Positions 41,343 through 50,888 of a stretch of 64,000 bases of DNA are shown here, piece by piece. The position numbers were made by a program, and so were the translations under genes. This stretch comes from Marinicella sp. (lineage in GTDB: Bacteria > Pseudomonadota > Gammaproteobacteria > Xanthomonadales > Marinicellaceae), in contig OZ246001.1 in NCBI GenBank assembly GCA_965230295.1, forward strand, positions 2,432,001 through 2,496,000, in the 5' to 3' direction. Every line of letters starts with the position of its first letter. The stretch's first letter is position 1. The notes under the pieces were generated by a model. It searched no databases, had not been told where the DNA came from, and worked only from the letters and a program-made list of their open reading frames with translations.

Positions 41343-43514
41343 ATGAAGGGTGTGTCTTTAAGTAAAAAAACTGAACAGGAGCGATTGCGATTGCTCTATG
41401 CTCCCATGCTGGCCAATCAGATCATTGGTTCATTGGTGGTCACGGTTATTTTACTGATCCTTTTCTCTCAACACGTTTCCATTTGGATGTTGCTGGCATG
41501 GGGTGTGTTGGCCTTGGCTTCATTGTCATACCATGGCTATTTATACCTGGGTTTTCATCAGATAGCCGGTAATCAAAATTTTTCAACCAAACAATGGGAA
41601 CATAAATTCTTATTGGGCATTGGGTTAACGGCCAGTGTGTGGGGTTCAGCTTGCCTGTTGTTGTATGTAAAAGATTCGATTGCCCATCAAAATTATTTGG
41701 CTTTGATTATCTCTGGTATCAGTTTGGTGGCGATGAAGTTGCTTTCACCCAGTCACAAAGCCATGGCGATCTTTACGGTGCTTACCATCTTCCCGCTGAT
41801 TGTATATGCAGTTGTGGCAGGTAGTTTAATTGCCATTCCAATGATCACTTATGTATTCATTCAGATGTTTATATCATACAGTCACGGGGTGAAATTCCAA
41901 CACGACTATTACACTTCTCAGTCTTTAGAATTTGCATCAAAACAAAGAGAGCTGAAATTACGCAAAAGTGATGAACGTTACCGAACATGGTTCAAAAATA
42001 CCACCGATCCTTTGCTGTTGCTTTCAACCGATAAAGTATTAAAAGTCAATCAAGCTGCCGTTAAACTATTGGGTTACGATACGGCGACCCAACTGTTGAA
42101 AGTCAAACCTGAGAAACTGTTGAATTTACCTGTTGAAGGTGGCCGGTTAAATCAAATGCAACTCAAACAAGCCAAGCAGTCCTTGCGCGAAAATGGTTCC
42201 TGTCACTATGACAGTGAATTTTTCCAACCAGATGGATCAGAACACCACGCAGAAATCAGCCTCACCGCCATCCCATTTAAAAAAGGCAATGCTTATTTTT
42301 GTTCAATTCGAGACCTGTCAGCTCATCAAGCTGAAATGGATCAGTTGAACCAGGCCAAAATCAAGGCTGAGGCCGCAAGCCATGCCAAATCTACTTTTTA
42401 TTCTCACATCAGCCAAGCCGTTTTCACACCATTGAATGGCGTTTTGGGTCACAGTAACCTGATGTTACAACATAAAAACCTCAATCCAGACCAATTAATG
42501 CGCGGTCGGGTCATCAAACGCAGTGCTGAATCCTTATTGGGCGTATTTAATGATGTGCTGGATGTGACCAAAATGGATGCGGGTACTTTGGAACTGACTG
42601 AACGGGCATTTGACCTGAAAGCGTTGCTCGATTCATTTGTGGCCACAGCTACTGAGCGAGCAGAAGCCAAAGGTTTGGCGTTAAAGCACCACATTGACCC
42701 AGCCATGCATCCTTATTACAAAGGTGATGCCAATCGCATCACACAAATCTTGGAACAGTTGTTTTCTAATGCATTGAAGCACACCCAACAGGGAGAAATA
42801 AAGCTGTTGGCGAAAATGGTGAAAAAAAATAAAGCCGGTGCCATGTTGCGATTTGATGTGATCGATACGGGGCCAGGTGTTAGCCAGACCCAACAAAAGC
42901 ATTTGTTCGACCGTTTCAGTCAAGCCGACGGGACAGCACAGGGTCAAGTGGGCATTACCGGTCTTGGGCTGAGTTTGTCACAAGGCTTGGCACAACTGAT
43001 GGGTGGTGAAGTCGGGTATACCCAGCACAAAGGGCATGGGGCTCATTTTTGGCTGAAAGTCAGGTTATTCAAGTCTGGGGCTGTTATACCGAAACCCAAA
43101 GTTGCTGACCTTCAACAAAAAGGCATCAAAGCCTTCGATGCCAGGGTTTTGGTTGTGGACGATAACCGCACCAGCTTATTGGTGGCCAAAGGCACCTTAG
43201 AAGTTTTTGGTTTATCCATTGACTTGGTAAATTCAGGTCAAGAAGCCATCTACATGCTGCGCAAGCATGATTATGATTTGGTGTTCATGGATTGTTTGAT
43301 GCCAAAATTGGACGGGTACCAAACCACCCAAAAGATCAGGGCATTGTCCAGCAAAGTAAAGAATCCAAACATTCCTATCATTGCCATGACCTCCAACGAC
43401 CAGGAAGGAGACCGTGAAATATGTTTAGAAGCAGGTATGAATGACTACATCACCAAGCCGATTGACATTCGTGTCATACAACAAATGCTGCAGTTTTGGC
43501 TGTTGAGACAATAG
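41343..43514 (+). CDS. Hybrid sensor kinase (TM-PAS-HisKA-HATPase-REC) with a degenerate H-box
   Basis: H-box region reads FYSHISQAVFTPLNGVLG; N box QLFSNALK, DTGPG, GLGLSLS; receiver DLVFMDCLMP. Confidence 0.88.
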   Translation: MKGVSLSKKTEQERLRLLYAPMLANQIIGSLVVTVILLILFSQHVSIWMLLAWGVLALASLSYHGYLYLGFHQIAGNQNFSTKQWEHKFLLGIGLTASVWGSACLLLYVKDSIAHQNYLALIISGISLVAMKLLSPSHKAMAIFTVLTIFPLIVYAVVAGSLIAIPMITYVFIQMFISYSHGVKFQHDYYTSQSLEFASKQRELKLRKSDERYRTWFKNTTDPLLLLSTDKVLKVNQAAVKLLGYDTATQLLKVKPEKLLNLPVEGGRLNQMQLKQAKQSLRENGSCHYDSEFFQPDGSEHHAEISLTAIPFKKGNAYFCSIRDLSAHQAEMDQLNQAKIKAEAASHAKSTFYSHISQAVFTPLNGVLGHSNLMLQHKNLNPDQLMRGRVIKRSAESLLGVFNDVLDVTKMDAGTLELTERAFDLKALLDSFVATATERAEAKGLALKHHIDPAMHPYYKGDANRITQILEQLFSNALKHTQQGEIKLLAKMVKKNKAGAMLRFDVIDTGPGVSQTQQKHLFDRFSQADGTAQGQVGITGLGLSLSQGLAQLMGGEVGYTQHKGHGAHFWLKVRLFKSGAVIPKPKVADLQQKGIKAFDARVLVVDDNRTSLLVAKGTLEVFGLSIDLVNSGQEAIYMLRKHDYDLVFMDCLMPKLDGYQTTQKIRALSSKVKNPNIPIIAMTSNDQEGDREICLEAGMNDYITKPIDIRVIQQMLQFWLLRQ

Positions 43515-43538
43515 GGCTCCCAATAATCTGTATAATTG

Positions 43539-43889
43539 TTCACGGGGTTCAAAAGCAGTGTTCACCCTGATGAAACAAAGGACATGATAAAGTGTCATGG
43601 TAGAACTGTCGAACAGTTCGACCAGTGTAGGTAATGAGAGCGTGGTGGTTTACCTTATAGGTTATTAACCATACTTGAATACCGCAGTGCTTGCACTTGG
43701 TTAGGCATGCTATTAAGTAATTGCAGTTTTGCAGAGCAAAGAAGCTATTCCGTAATGGCCGATCAGTCGAGAAGTCTCGCTGAGTCAGAGAGTGCAAGTC
43801 CGTAGTAATAAGCGATGTCCGCCGTGGCCGCTTTCACTTTTGTAGAAAACAAAAGTGAATGAAGTCCCAAGGACATTCCTTACTTGTGA
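43539..43889 (+). ncRNA. Putative large structured ncRNA, copy B (modular, family unidentified)
   Basis: TATAAT at 43531-36; long-range pairs GGACAT/ATGTCC and TTGCACT/AGTGCAA; several hairpins; end-to-end homology with 55709-56387 (-), including compensatory changes. Folded by eye. Confidence 0.7.
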
Positions 43890-43911
43890 TCATATTTTAT
43901 GGGAGGACACA

Positions 43912-45456
43912 GTGAGCAAACCCGTCATTGCCAGCAACCAACCAATCAAGGTTGAGTTGACCCAAGGCCAGGAATATCATTTTTGTGCTTGTGGGCGCTC
44001 TGCCAATCAACCATTTTGTGACGGTTCTCATGTGGGAACTGACTTCAAACCCAAAGGATTCGTAGCTGAAGAAAACAATGAAGCCTATTTATGCCAGTGT
44101 AAACATACACAAAATGCCCCTTTCTGTGATGGCAGCCACAAGCAATTCCCGGTTGACATGATTGGGAAAGAAGGGCCAGGTGTCAGCACCAATCAGTCAG
44201 AAGCACCAGTGGCCAAAGCAACACAAGAAGAACCCACGGTAGAATTCATCCATCAGCTGGCCAGAGAAGGGCTGTCAAAGTTGGGGCACCATGGACCGAT
44301 GACTTCCATGGGTGTGCCTCGCAACGAGCTGCCCCACTGGGATGACCTGCAAGTGATGGTGGCTCAAATGGCGACCAAACCACTGATGGAAGATGTGGAG
44401 GTTGATACTCAGTTGGTGATAGGGCCAGAAGCCAAAAAGCCATTGGTGTTAAAAATACCCTTGTTTGTATCAGACATGAGTTTTGGTGCATTGTCTGAGG
44501 AGGCGAAAATAGCTCTGGCCAAAGGAGCTGAGTTGGCCGGTACTGGAATTTGTTCAGGAGAAGGCGGTATGCTACCTGAAGAGCAAGACGCCAACAGCCG
44601 TTATTTTTATGAACTTGCCAGTGCAGAGTTTGGTTATAAAGAGTCTTTGATTCAGAGGGTACAAGCCTTTCATTTCAAAGGAGGTCAAGGTGCAAAAACA
44701 GGTACAGGTGGACATTTACCAGGCAACAAAAATACCGGAAAAATCTCTCAAGTCAGGGGTATACCAGAAGGCACAGCAGCGATTTCTCCACCCACTTTTA
44801 AGCATTTGTCTTCTGTGAAGGATTTTAGAAATTTCGCTGAGAGGGTCAGGGAGCTGAGTGGCGGTATTCCCATCGGTTTCAAATTAAGTGCCAACCACAT
44901 CGAGCAGGACATCCAGTTTGCTTTGGATGCTTCTGCAGACTACATCATTTTGGATGGGCGAGGAGGTGGCACCGGGGCTGCCCCTGCCATGTTTCGTGAT
45001 CACATCAGTGTGCCGACCATTCCAGCTTTGGCCAGGGCCCGCACCTGTTTAGATCAGGCCGGTGCCAGTGGGCGAGTCACTTTGATCATTACGGGTGGAT
45101 TGCGGGTGCCAATGGATTTTGTCAAAGCCATGGCCTTGGGTGCAGATGGTGTGGCCATTTCAAACAGTGCGATGCAATCCATTGGTTGTGTGGCTGCCAG
45201 GATGTGCAACACCAACAACTGCCCGGCAGGTATAGCCACGCAAAAAGCCGATCTCAGACAACGGTTGAATGTTGATCAATCATCGATACAGCTGAGAAAT
45301 TTCTTTAACGCATCGGTCGAACTGATGGCAGTCATGGCCAGAGCTTGTGGCCACCAATCGTTCAATCAATTCAATATCAATGATTTGGCCACGTGGCATC
45401 GGGACATGGCGATGTTGTCAGGTGTCAAATATTCCGGTGTGAGGGACTTGCCATGA
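43912..45456 (+). CDS. CDGSH Fe-S domain / FMN-binding glutamate synthase-like protein
   Basis: GGAGG RBS before GTG 43912; two CxC...PFCDGSH motifs; MSFGALS, GEGG, GQGAK.G.GGHLP, C.AARMCNTNNCPAGIATQ. Confidence 0.9.
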   Translation: MSKPVIASNQPIKVELTQGQEYHFCACGRSANQPFCDGSHVGTDFKPKGFVAEENNEAYLCQCKHTQNAPFCDGSHKQFPVDMIGKEGPGVSTNQSEAPVAKATQEEPTVEFIHQLAREGLSKLGHHGPMTSMGVPRNELPHWDDLQVMVAQMATKPLMEDVEVDTQLVIGPEAKKPLVLKIPLFVSDMSFGALSEEAKIALAKGAELAGTGICSGEGGMLPEEQDANSRYFYELASAEFGYKESLIQRVQAFHFKGGQGAKTGTGGHLPGNKNTGKISQVRGIPEGTAAISPPTFKHLSSVKDFRNFAERVRELSGGIPIGFKLSANHIEQDIQFALDASADYIILDGRGGGTGAAPAMFRDHISVPTIPALARARTCLDQAGASGRVTLIITGGLRVPMDFVKAMALGADGVAISNSAMQSIGCVAARMCNTNNCPAGIATQKADLRQRLNVDQSSIQLRNFFNASVELMAVMARACGHQSFNQFNINDLATWHRDMAMLSGVKYSGVRDLP

Positions 45457-45505
45457 ACACAGATTTTTGGTTGCAACCATTGGTATTGAATGGCGAACAA
45501 TAAAT

Positions 45506-46321
45506 ATGACCCATACTCAAAAAAAATCCACAACCAATGTGGTCATCGTCGGCGTCCCTTCTGATGAAAATTCCAGTTTTTTGCGTGGCTGTGCCGACGC
45601 ACCGGATATCATCCGTGCTGCGGTGCACAGTGAATCTGCCAACATGTGGAGTGAACAAGGTTTTGAACTCAAGTTTGATGAGAATTGTACCGATCTTGGA
45701 GATTTGTCCTTCTCAGAAGGTCCAGAAGGGTTTGATCAAATCACTGCTGCCATTGACCAACAGCTATCAGCTGGTCACAAAGTGTTGTCATTAGGTGGTG
45801 ATCATGCGGTGACATTCCCGATCATCCGGGCTTTTGCCAACCATTTTTCTCAGCTCACACTGTTGCACTTTGATGCGCATGGTGATTTGTATCACAACTT
45901 CCAAGATAACCCCCTGTCCCATGCTTCGCCTTTTGCCCGTATCATGGAAAGCGATTTGGTTGGTCGATTGATTCAAGTGGGTATCCGCACATTGAATCAA
46001 CACCAAAGAGACCAGGTTGAGCGATTTGGAGTGGAGGTTTACGGCGTCAACCAAGTGTCAGAAGTGATGGCTTTAGACTTAACTGGACCGGTGTATATAT
46101 CCCTGGATCTGGATGCTTTGGACCCGGCCTTTGCTCCTGGCGTCTCTCACCATGAGCCTGGTGGCCTATCAACCCGTGACATCATCAATGTGATTCACAG
46201 TATTCAAGCCAATGTCGTCGGTGCTGATATTGTGGAATACAACCCCACACGTGACATCAATGGCATGACATCAATGGTGGCAGCCAAATTATTGCGTGAG
46301 TTAATGGGTGTAATGGTTTAA
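45506..46321 (+). CDS. Agmatinase/arginase-family ureohydrolase
   Basis: LGGDHAVT, FDAHGD, SHASPF, SLDLDALDPAFAPG, DIVEYNP. Confidence 0.88.
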   Translation: MTHTQKKSTTNVVIVGVPSDENSSFLRGCADAPDIIRAAVHSESANMWSEQGFELKFDENCTDLGDLSFSEGPEGFDQITAAIDQQLSAGHKVLSLGGDHAVTFPIIRAFANHFSQLTLLHFDAHGDLYHNFQDNPLSHASPFARIMESDLVGRLIQVGIRTLNQHQRDQVERFGVEVYGVNQVSEVMALDLTGPVYISLDLDALDPAFAPGVSHHEPGGLSTRDIINVIHSIQANVVGADIVEYNPTRDINGMTSMVAAKLLRELMGVMV

Positions 46322-46356
46322 TATTTTAAACAACAAACGGACAAAGAAACAATCAA

Positions 46357-47556
46357 GTGAAAATCATCGAACAAATGAAGGACAAGGTCCACAGGCACCA
46401 AGAAAGACACAGTGAATCGGGTTATCGACTGGTACTCTCCGACAGCATAGCATTCGTCAATGCCAGTGATTGGGATTCGGTGGCAGCATTCAATTCAGTA
46501 TTCCTCAGTCGAAAATACCTGGCGGCCATCGAGACGTGTTCGCCAGTCAATACCGAACAGCGCTATGCCATGGCCTATGATCAAGACAACCAACCTGTAG
46601 TCATAGTGGCTTGTCAGGTGGCAGAGATAGGCGGGGAAAACCTCACCCAGGAATCTGGCGGCATCGCAGATAAAATCAAAAAGAAATACCAGGAAAGGGT
46701 GTTGGTTTGTGGTAACTTGGTTTCCAGTGGGTTGCACGGAGTGGGTTTTGCTGATGGATTTGATCAGCAATCTGCATGGCGCATCATTGCTGAAGTGTTG
46801 TACAAAATCAGGCGAACTGAGAAATTGGCCGGTAAAATTGACTTTGTGATGATCAAAGACATCAAAAGGCCTCTGCTTGAGCCGTCTGAAGTCATGGAAC
46901 GGTATTCATACCGCCGCATCCAAACTGATCCGGATATGGTGTTGGAATTGGACACTGCTGTTAAATCTTTTGATGACTACCTGGCCATGTTAACCACCAA
47001 ATATCGGGGCCGCATCAAAAAGATCATCAAGACCATTGATCAGGCTGGACTCAGTTGTGAACAATTACCCCTGGATGTAGAGACTGATGCTCGTATTCAC
47101 GATCTCTATTTACAAGTGGAAGCCAAATCTGCCACCCGTCTTGCCACCTTGCCCAAAGGGTATTTCCTGGCCTTACAAAACAATCTGGGCCAGGATTTTT
47201 GCTGTTTTGGAATAAAAGATGAGCAACAAATAGCCGGCTTTGTTTCTGTCATAAAAGATGGTGATGTGGCTGTCGCTTATTATGTTGGTCTGGATTACAG
47301 CATCAATAAAAAGCTGCCCATCTATTTCAGACTGCTGCAATTGGTCATCAATGTGGCGATTGATTGGGGCTGTGGAAAAGTGTCGTTTGGACGCACTGCT
47401 TTAGAACCCAAAGCCAATCTGGGGGCGGAACCAGTGGAAGAGTTTGTGTGGGCCCGGCACCGAGTCCCAGTGGTGAATTTTATGGTCAGAAAGCTGTTCA
47501 GAAACGTACCGTTTGATGTGGCACCGGAAAGGTCCGTTAAGAAAAAACAACCATGA
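46357..47556 (+). CDS. FemAB-like tandem GNAT-family protein
   Basis: SFDDYL..L..KYR, YYVGLDY, FGRTALEPKANLGA. Confidence 0.75.
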   Translation: MKIIEQMKDKVHRHQERHSESGYRLVLSDSIAFVNASDWDSVAAFNSVFLSRKYLAAIETCSPVNTEQRYAMAYDQDNQPVVIVACQVAEIGGENLTQESGGIADKIKKKYQERVLVCGNLVSSGLHGVGFADGFDQQSAWRIIAEVLYKIRRTEKLAGKIDFVMIKDIKRPLLEPSEVMERYSYRRIQTDPDMVLELDTAVKSFDDYLAMLTTKYRGRIKKIIKTIDQAGLSCEQLPLDVETDARIHDLYLQVEAKSATRLATLPKGYFLALQNNLGQDFCCFGIKDEQQIAGFVSVIKDGDVAVAYYVGLDYSINKKLPIYFRLLQLVINVAIDWGCGKVSFGRTALEPKANLGAEPVEEFVWARHRVPVVNFMVRKLFRNVPFDVAPERSVKKKQP

Positions 47557-47834
47557 ATACAGCCATTAAGCACAATCCAGATCGCAACCGTTTTGAAGTC
47601 ATTATCGAAGGCCATACTGCTTATATGAGTTATGTACTCAGTTGCGACGTTATTAATTTCAACCACACCATCGTCCCTGATGTTCTTGGTGGTCAAGGTT
47701 TAGGAACTGAGTTGGTGAAATATGGTCTGGCCCATGCCAGAGTTAAGCATTTACAGGTGATACCATCATGCCCTTTTGTGGCAGCTGTTATCAACAAAAA
47801 TCCTGTCTATCAGGATTTGCTTTATATTGATTAA
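47553..47834 (+). CDS. YjdJ-like small GNAT acetyltransferase
   Basis: HTIVPDVLGGQGLG, VIPSCPFV. Confidence 0.88.
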   Translation: MNTAIKHNPDRNRFEVIIEGHTAYMSYVLSCDVINFNHTIVPDVLGGQGLGTELVKYGLAHARVKHLQVIPSCPFVAAVINKNPVYQDLLYID

Positions 47835-47994
47835 TCATTCCTTCAAGGTTTTTTATTTCGTCAAACTGCATGATTTGCCTGGCCGAGGCGTGTCGGTCGA
47901 ACGGTCCGAGAATTCCCCATGGCTAACTGACCAATGAATAGAGCTTATTCAGGCTGATTATCTTTGTTAAAATACTTCTCTTTATAAAAAAATA

Positions 47995-48537
47995 ATGCCA
48001 ATGAAAATAGCCAATTCTGAGCGGCTGCAATATGCCATGATGACTGAAGATGATGCCGAGTTGTTGTTTGAGTTAGATCAGGATACCGAAGTCATGCGTT
48101 ATATCAATGGTGGCAAAATGACCACCAGACAAGAGATTCAAGATGTGTACTTGCCTCGGTTGACCAAATATACCAATGCGGACAAAGGGTGGGGTATGTG
48201 GAAGCTGACAACAACCAGCAACAATGAGTTTATCGGTTGGGTACTGGTCAGACCCATGAATTTTTTTAGTGGGCAACCGAAATGGGATGATTGGGAACTG
48301 GGCTGGCGTCTGATGCGCAAAGCCTGGGGCTTTGGTTATGCCACTGAGGCAGCCAAGCATATAATGCAGGCTCTGAAAGAGACTCAAGACATGTCCTATT
48401 TTTCTGCCATAGCCATGCCTGGCAATGAAGCATCCATCAACATCATGAAGAAATTAGGCATGACTTACCAGAAAACTGACATTTATGAAGATCCACTTGG
48501 AATTGATGAAGTGGTGTATTACACCATCTGTCTTTGA
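47995..48537 (+). CDS. RimJ/RimL-family GNAT acetyltransferase
   Basis: ELGWRL...WGFGYATEAA, N.ASI.IMKKLGM. Confidence 0.88.
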   Translation: MPMKIANSERLQYAMMTEDDAELLFELDQDTEVMRYINGGKMTTRQEIQDVYLPRLTKYTNADKGWGMWKLTTTSNNEFIGWVLVRPMNFFSGQPKWDDWELGWRLMRKAWGFGYATEAAKHIMQALKETQDMSYFSAIAMPGNEASINIMKKLGMTYQKTDIYEDPLGIDEVVYYTICL

Positions 48538-48544
48538 GCCTCTT

Positions 48545-50002
48545 TCAAGCAGCCACAGGAAGTTGAAATGAAAACTGGGTGCCCTTTTCGAGTTTGCTGA
48601 TAACCTTGATTTTGGCTTGGTGCAAATCAAGGATTTTTTTCACAATCGCCAGGCCAAGCCCTGAAGAGCTTTTACTGTGTTGGGAAGAGTTTTCCGCTCG
48701 GTATAAACGGTCGAAGATGAACGGCAGTTCCTGTTTGCTGATTCCCCTGCCTGTGTCGCGTATGATGATTTTGAATTGTCCGCTTTGTTGAACCAGTTTC
48801 AACAACACCTTACCATCAGCAGGCGTGTGTTTGATGGCATTGCCAATCAAGTTTTCCAGCACCCTTTGCATCAGTCCGATGTCGGCTTTGACGTCGGTGT
48901 TGCCATCTATCAGATCAACTTTAAGGTCCACATTCCTCTTTTGGGCCATCATTTTAAATTCCATGCTGACGTCCTGCATCAGTTCTGACATGGAAAAGGC
49001 TTCAATGCTGGGTTTAACCGCCAAAGAGTCTAACTTTGACAGTTCAAACAAGTCGTTGACCAAATCATTCAAGCGAACACAATGCTTACTGGCGGTGGCC
49101 AAATAATCTGTTTTTTCTGATTCTTGTAATGTTGTTTTTTTGATCAATAAAGTGTCCAGGTATCCTTGTATGGACGCCAATGGCGTACGTAAATCGTGAG
49201 ATACATTGGTGATCAAGTCACGGCGGTTTTGATCGGCGGCTTGAATTTGTTTCATTTGTTGGTTGATTTGTTGTCCCATCTGGTTGAATGCTGCTTCTAA
49301 CACCTTGATCTCATCACCGGTTTTTGTCCCACTGGCCTTTTGGCCAGTGATTTGTTGTTGGAAGTCCCTGACTTTGTTGGTCAATGAAGTCAGTGGTTTG
49401 GTCAATTGTTTGACCACCAAAACACCAATGACTAAACTTAAAATAAGCACCGCAGCGATACTGGCCAAGGCAATTTTTAAAACAAAATTTTTGCTGATGT
49501 CTTTGGCCAGGGCTTCGTAGGTTTGGCCACCCAATATGGCATAGACATAGCCTTCATCCTGTCCATTGTATGTGACTTTTGCTGCTGAAAAAGCTTTCTT
49601 GGTGTCGGGACTGCGCGGATCCAGGTTAACCAATGGGCGATGAGAATCAGGCTGTAAAAAAGTTTCGATTTGAGTCAAAGGTATTTGGCTCTGATAAGGG
49701 GTATCGTGGGGTAAATTGTGACTCAACACACGACCTTCTGTGTCTAACAGATATACCTCTACAGTTGGGTTGATCACCATGGCACGTTCTGCCAATCTGT
49801 TGATGGCGGCTTCGTTATGCTGTCCATTTTGGATTAACTGTTCTTCAGCTGCCACATACATGGCGATGGATCCATTCAACCTTTGGGTCATTTCCAAGTT
49901 ATATTGTACAGAGGCATAGCGGGTGATGAAGGCCAGTACAACGCCCATGACAATAAACAAAGTCATCAGCGTCAGGGATAATTTTTTATTCAATGATCTC
50001 AT
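48545..50002 (-). CDS. HAMP-domain sensor histidine kinase
   Basis: Two TM segments, HAMP, NVSHDLRTPL, NLIGNAIK, DTGRG, GLGLAIV. Confidence 0.92.
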   Translation of the reverse strand: MRSLNKKLSLTLMTLFIVMGVVLAFITRYASVQYNLEMTQRLNGSIAMYVAAEEQLIQNGQHNEAAINRLAERAMVINPTVEVYLLDTEGRVLSHNLPHDTPYQSQIPLTQIETFLQPDSHRPLVNLDPRSPDTKKAFSAAKVTYNGQDEGYVYAILGGQTYEALAKDISKNFVLKIALASIAAVLILSLVIGVLVVKQLTKPLTSLTNKVRDFQQQITGQKASGTKTGDEIKVLEAAFNQMGQQINQQMKQIQAADQNRRDLITNVSHDLRTPLASIQGYLDTLLIKKTTLQESEKTDYLATASKHCVRLNDLVNDLFELSKLDSLAVKPSIEAFSMSELMQDVSMEFKMMAQKRNVDLKVDLIDGNTDVKADIGLMQRVLENLIGNAIKHTPADGKVLLKLVQQSGQFKIIIRDTGRGISKQELPFIFDRLYRAENSSQHSKSSSGLGLAIVKKILDLHQAKIKVISKLEKGTQFSFQLPVAA

Positions 50003-50004
50003 GG

Positions 50005-50724
50005 TTACATATGTGCTGAACTGTCAGGGGCTATGAATTTGTAGCCGACCCCCCAAATGGTTTTGATGAATTTCGGGTTGTGACAATCAGGTTCTATTTT
50101 GGTGCGCAGTCGATTCATGTGAGAATTGACGGTATGCTCGTAACCGTCATGACCATAACCCCAAACCTGATCCAACAATTGTGATCGATTGAACACTTTG
50201 TCTGGGTGACTGGCAAAGAAATGTAACAAATCAAATTCTTTGGCGGTTAAATTGATTTCTTCACCGTCCACTTTGACGGTTCTTTGTTCACTGCGTATTT
50301 CTAGTCCTGAAAAATTAAGAGCGGAGGTTGGTTCATTGATGAAGCCTTGACTGGCATCAAATCGCCGCATCAAAGCTTTGACCCTAGCGGTTAATTCCAT
50401 CACGCTGAAGGGTTTGGTCAAGTAATCATCAGCACCCATCTCCAAACCCAAGACACGATCCAATTCCGTGGATTTAGCCGTGAGCATAAGAATGGGAACA
50501 TAGTTGGCCTGACTGCGGATTCGACGGCAGATTTCAAGTCCATCCATCTTGGGTAATTTAAGATCCAGAACAATCGCACTCCAGGAACGATTCAATGCCA
50601 TGTTCAAACCTTGTTCACCATCATGAATCAGTTCAACATGATCGCACAATTCTGCCAAATGAATCTTCAGCAATTGGGCAATGTCAAATTCGTCTTCAAT
50701 CACTAAAATTTGTTTTTTTGACAT
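50005..50724 (-). CDS. OmpR-family response regulator
   Basis: Receiver (LDLKLP, GADDYLTKPF) plus winged helix (TVNSHMNRLRTKIE, TIWGVGY); ATG 50724 preferred. Confidence 0.93.
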   Translation of the reverse strand: MSKKQILVIEDEFDIAQLLKIHLAELCDHVELIHDGEQGLNMALNRSWSAIVLDLKLPKMDGLEICRRIRSQANYVPILMLTAKSTELDRVLGLEMGADDYLTKPFSVMELTARVKALMRRFDASQGFINEPTSALNFSGLEIRSEQRTVKVDGEEINLTAKEFDLLHFFASHPDKVFNRSQLLDQVWGYGHDGYEHTVNSHMNRLRTKIEPDCHNPKFIKTIWGVGYKFIAPDSSAHM

Positions 50725-50824
50725 GTCGGAGGCCTCCCCAGAAACTTCAGTTTTGTTATTTTGATTGAATATATGAAAGGTAAATGACATCAGAACTTAC
50801 AATTTTTTGTGATTTTTGGTATTA

Positions 50825-50867
50825 ACAGGTTACAGCCGGGGGATACATAAGAAAGGCTGTAACCTGT
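50825..50867. terminator. 13-bp inverted repeat between the spondin gene and the response regulator
   Basis: ACAGGTTACAGCC-N17-GGCTGTAACCTGT. Confidence 0.5.
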
Positions 50868-50888
50868 CAGTGGGTTAATGGTCAGTGC

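Noticed and set aside
43567-43577. CTGATGAAAC as a hammerhead ribozyme core
   Set aside because: There is no stem II between CUGAUGA and GAAA, and the motif is not kept in copy C.
43549-43797. 82-aa minus-strand ORF, plus the N-terminal extensions of ORFs 43855 and 56340 and ORF 56238-56495
   Set aside because: They lie within the structured elements and show no protein motifs; better starts exist at 43912 and 56427.
43833-43859. TTCACTTTTGT/ACAAAAGTGAA hairpin as a terminator
   Set aside because: No U-tract on either side, and homology with copy C continues beyond it, so it is probably internal to the element.
43539-43889. Riboswitch controlling the glutamate-synthase-like gene
   Set aside because: It matches no riboswitch consensus I know, and the homologous copy C is not upstream of any gene in its own orientation.
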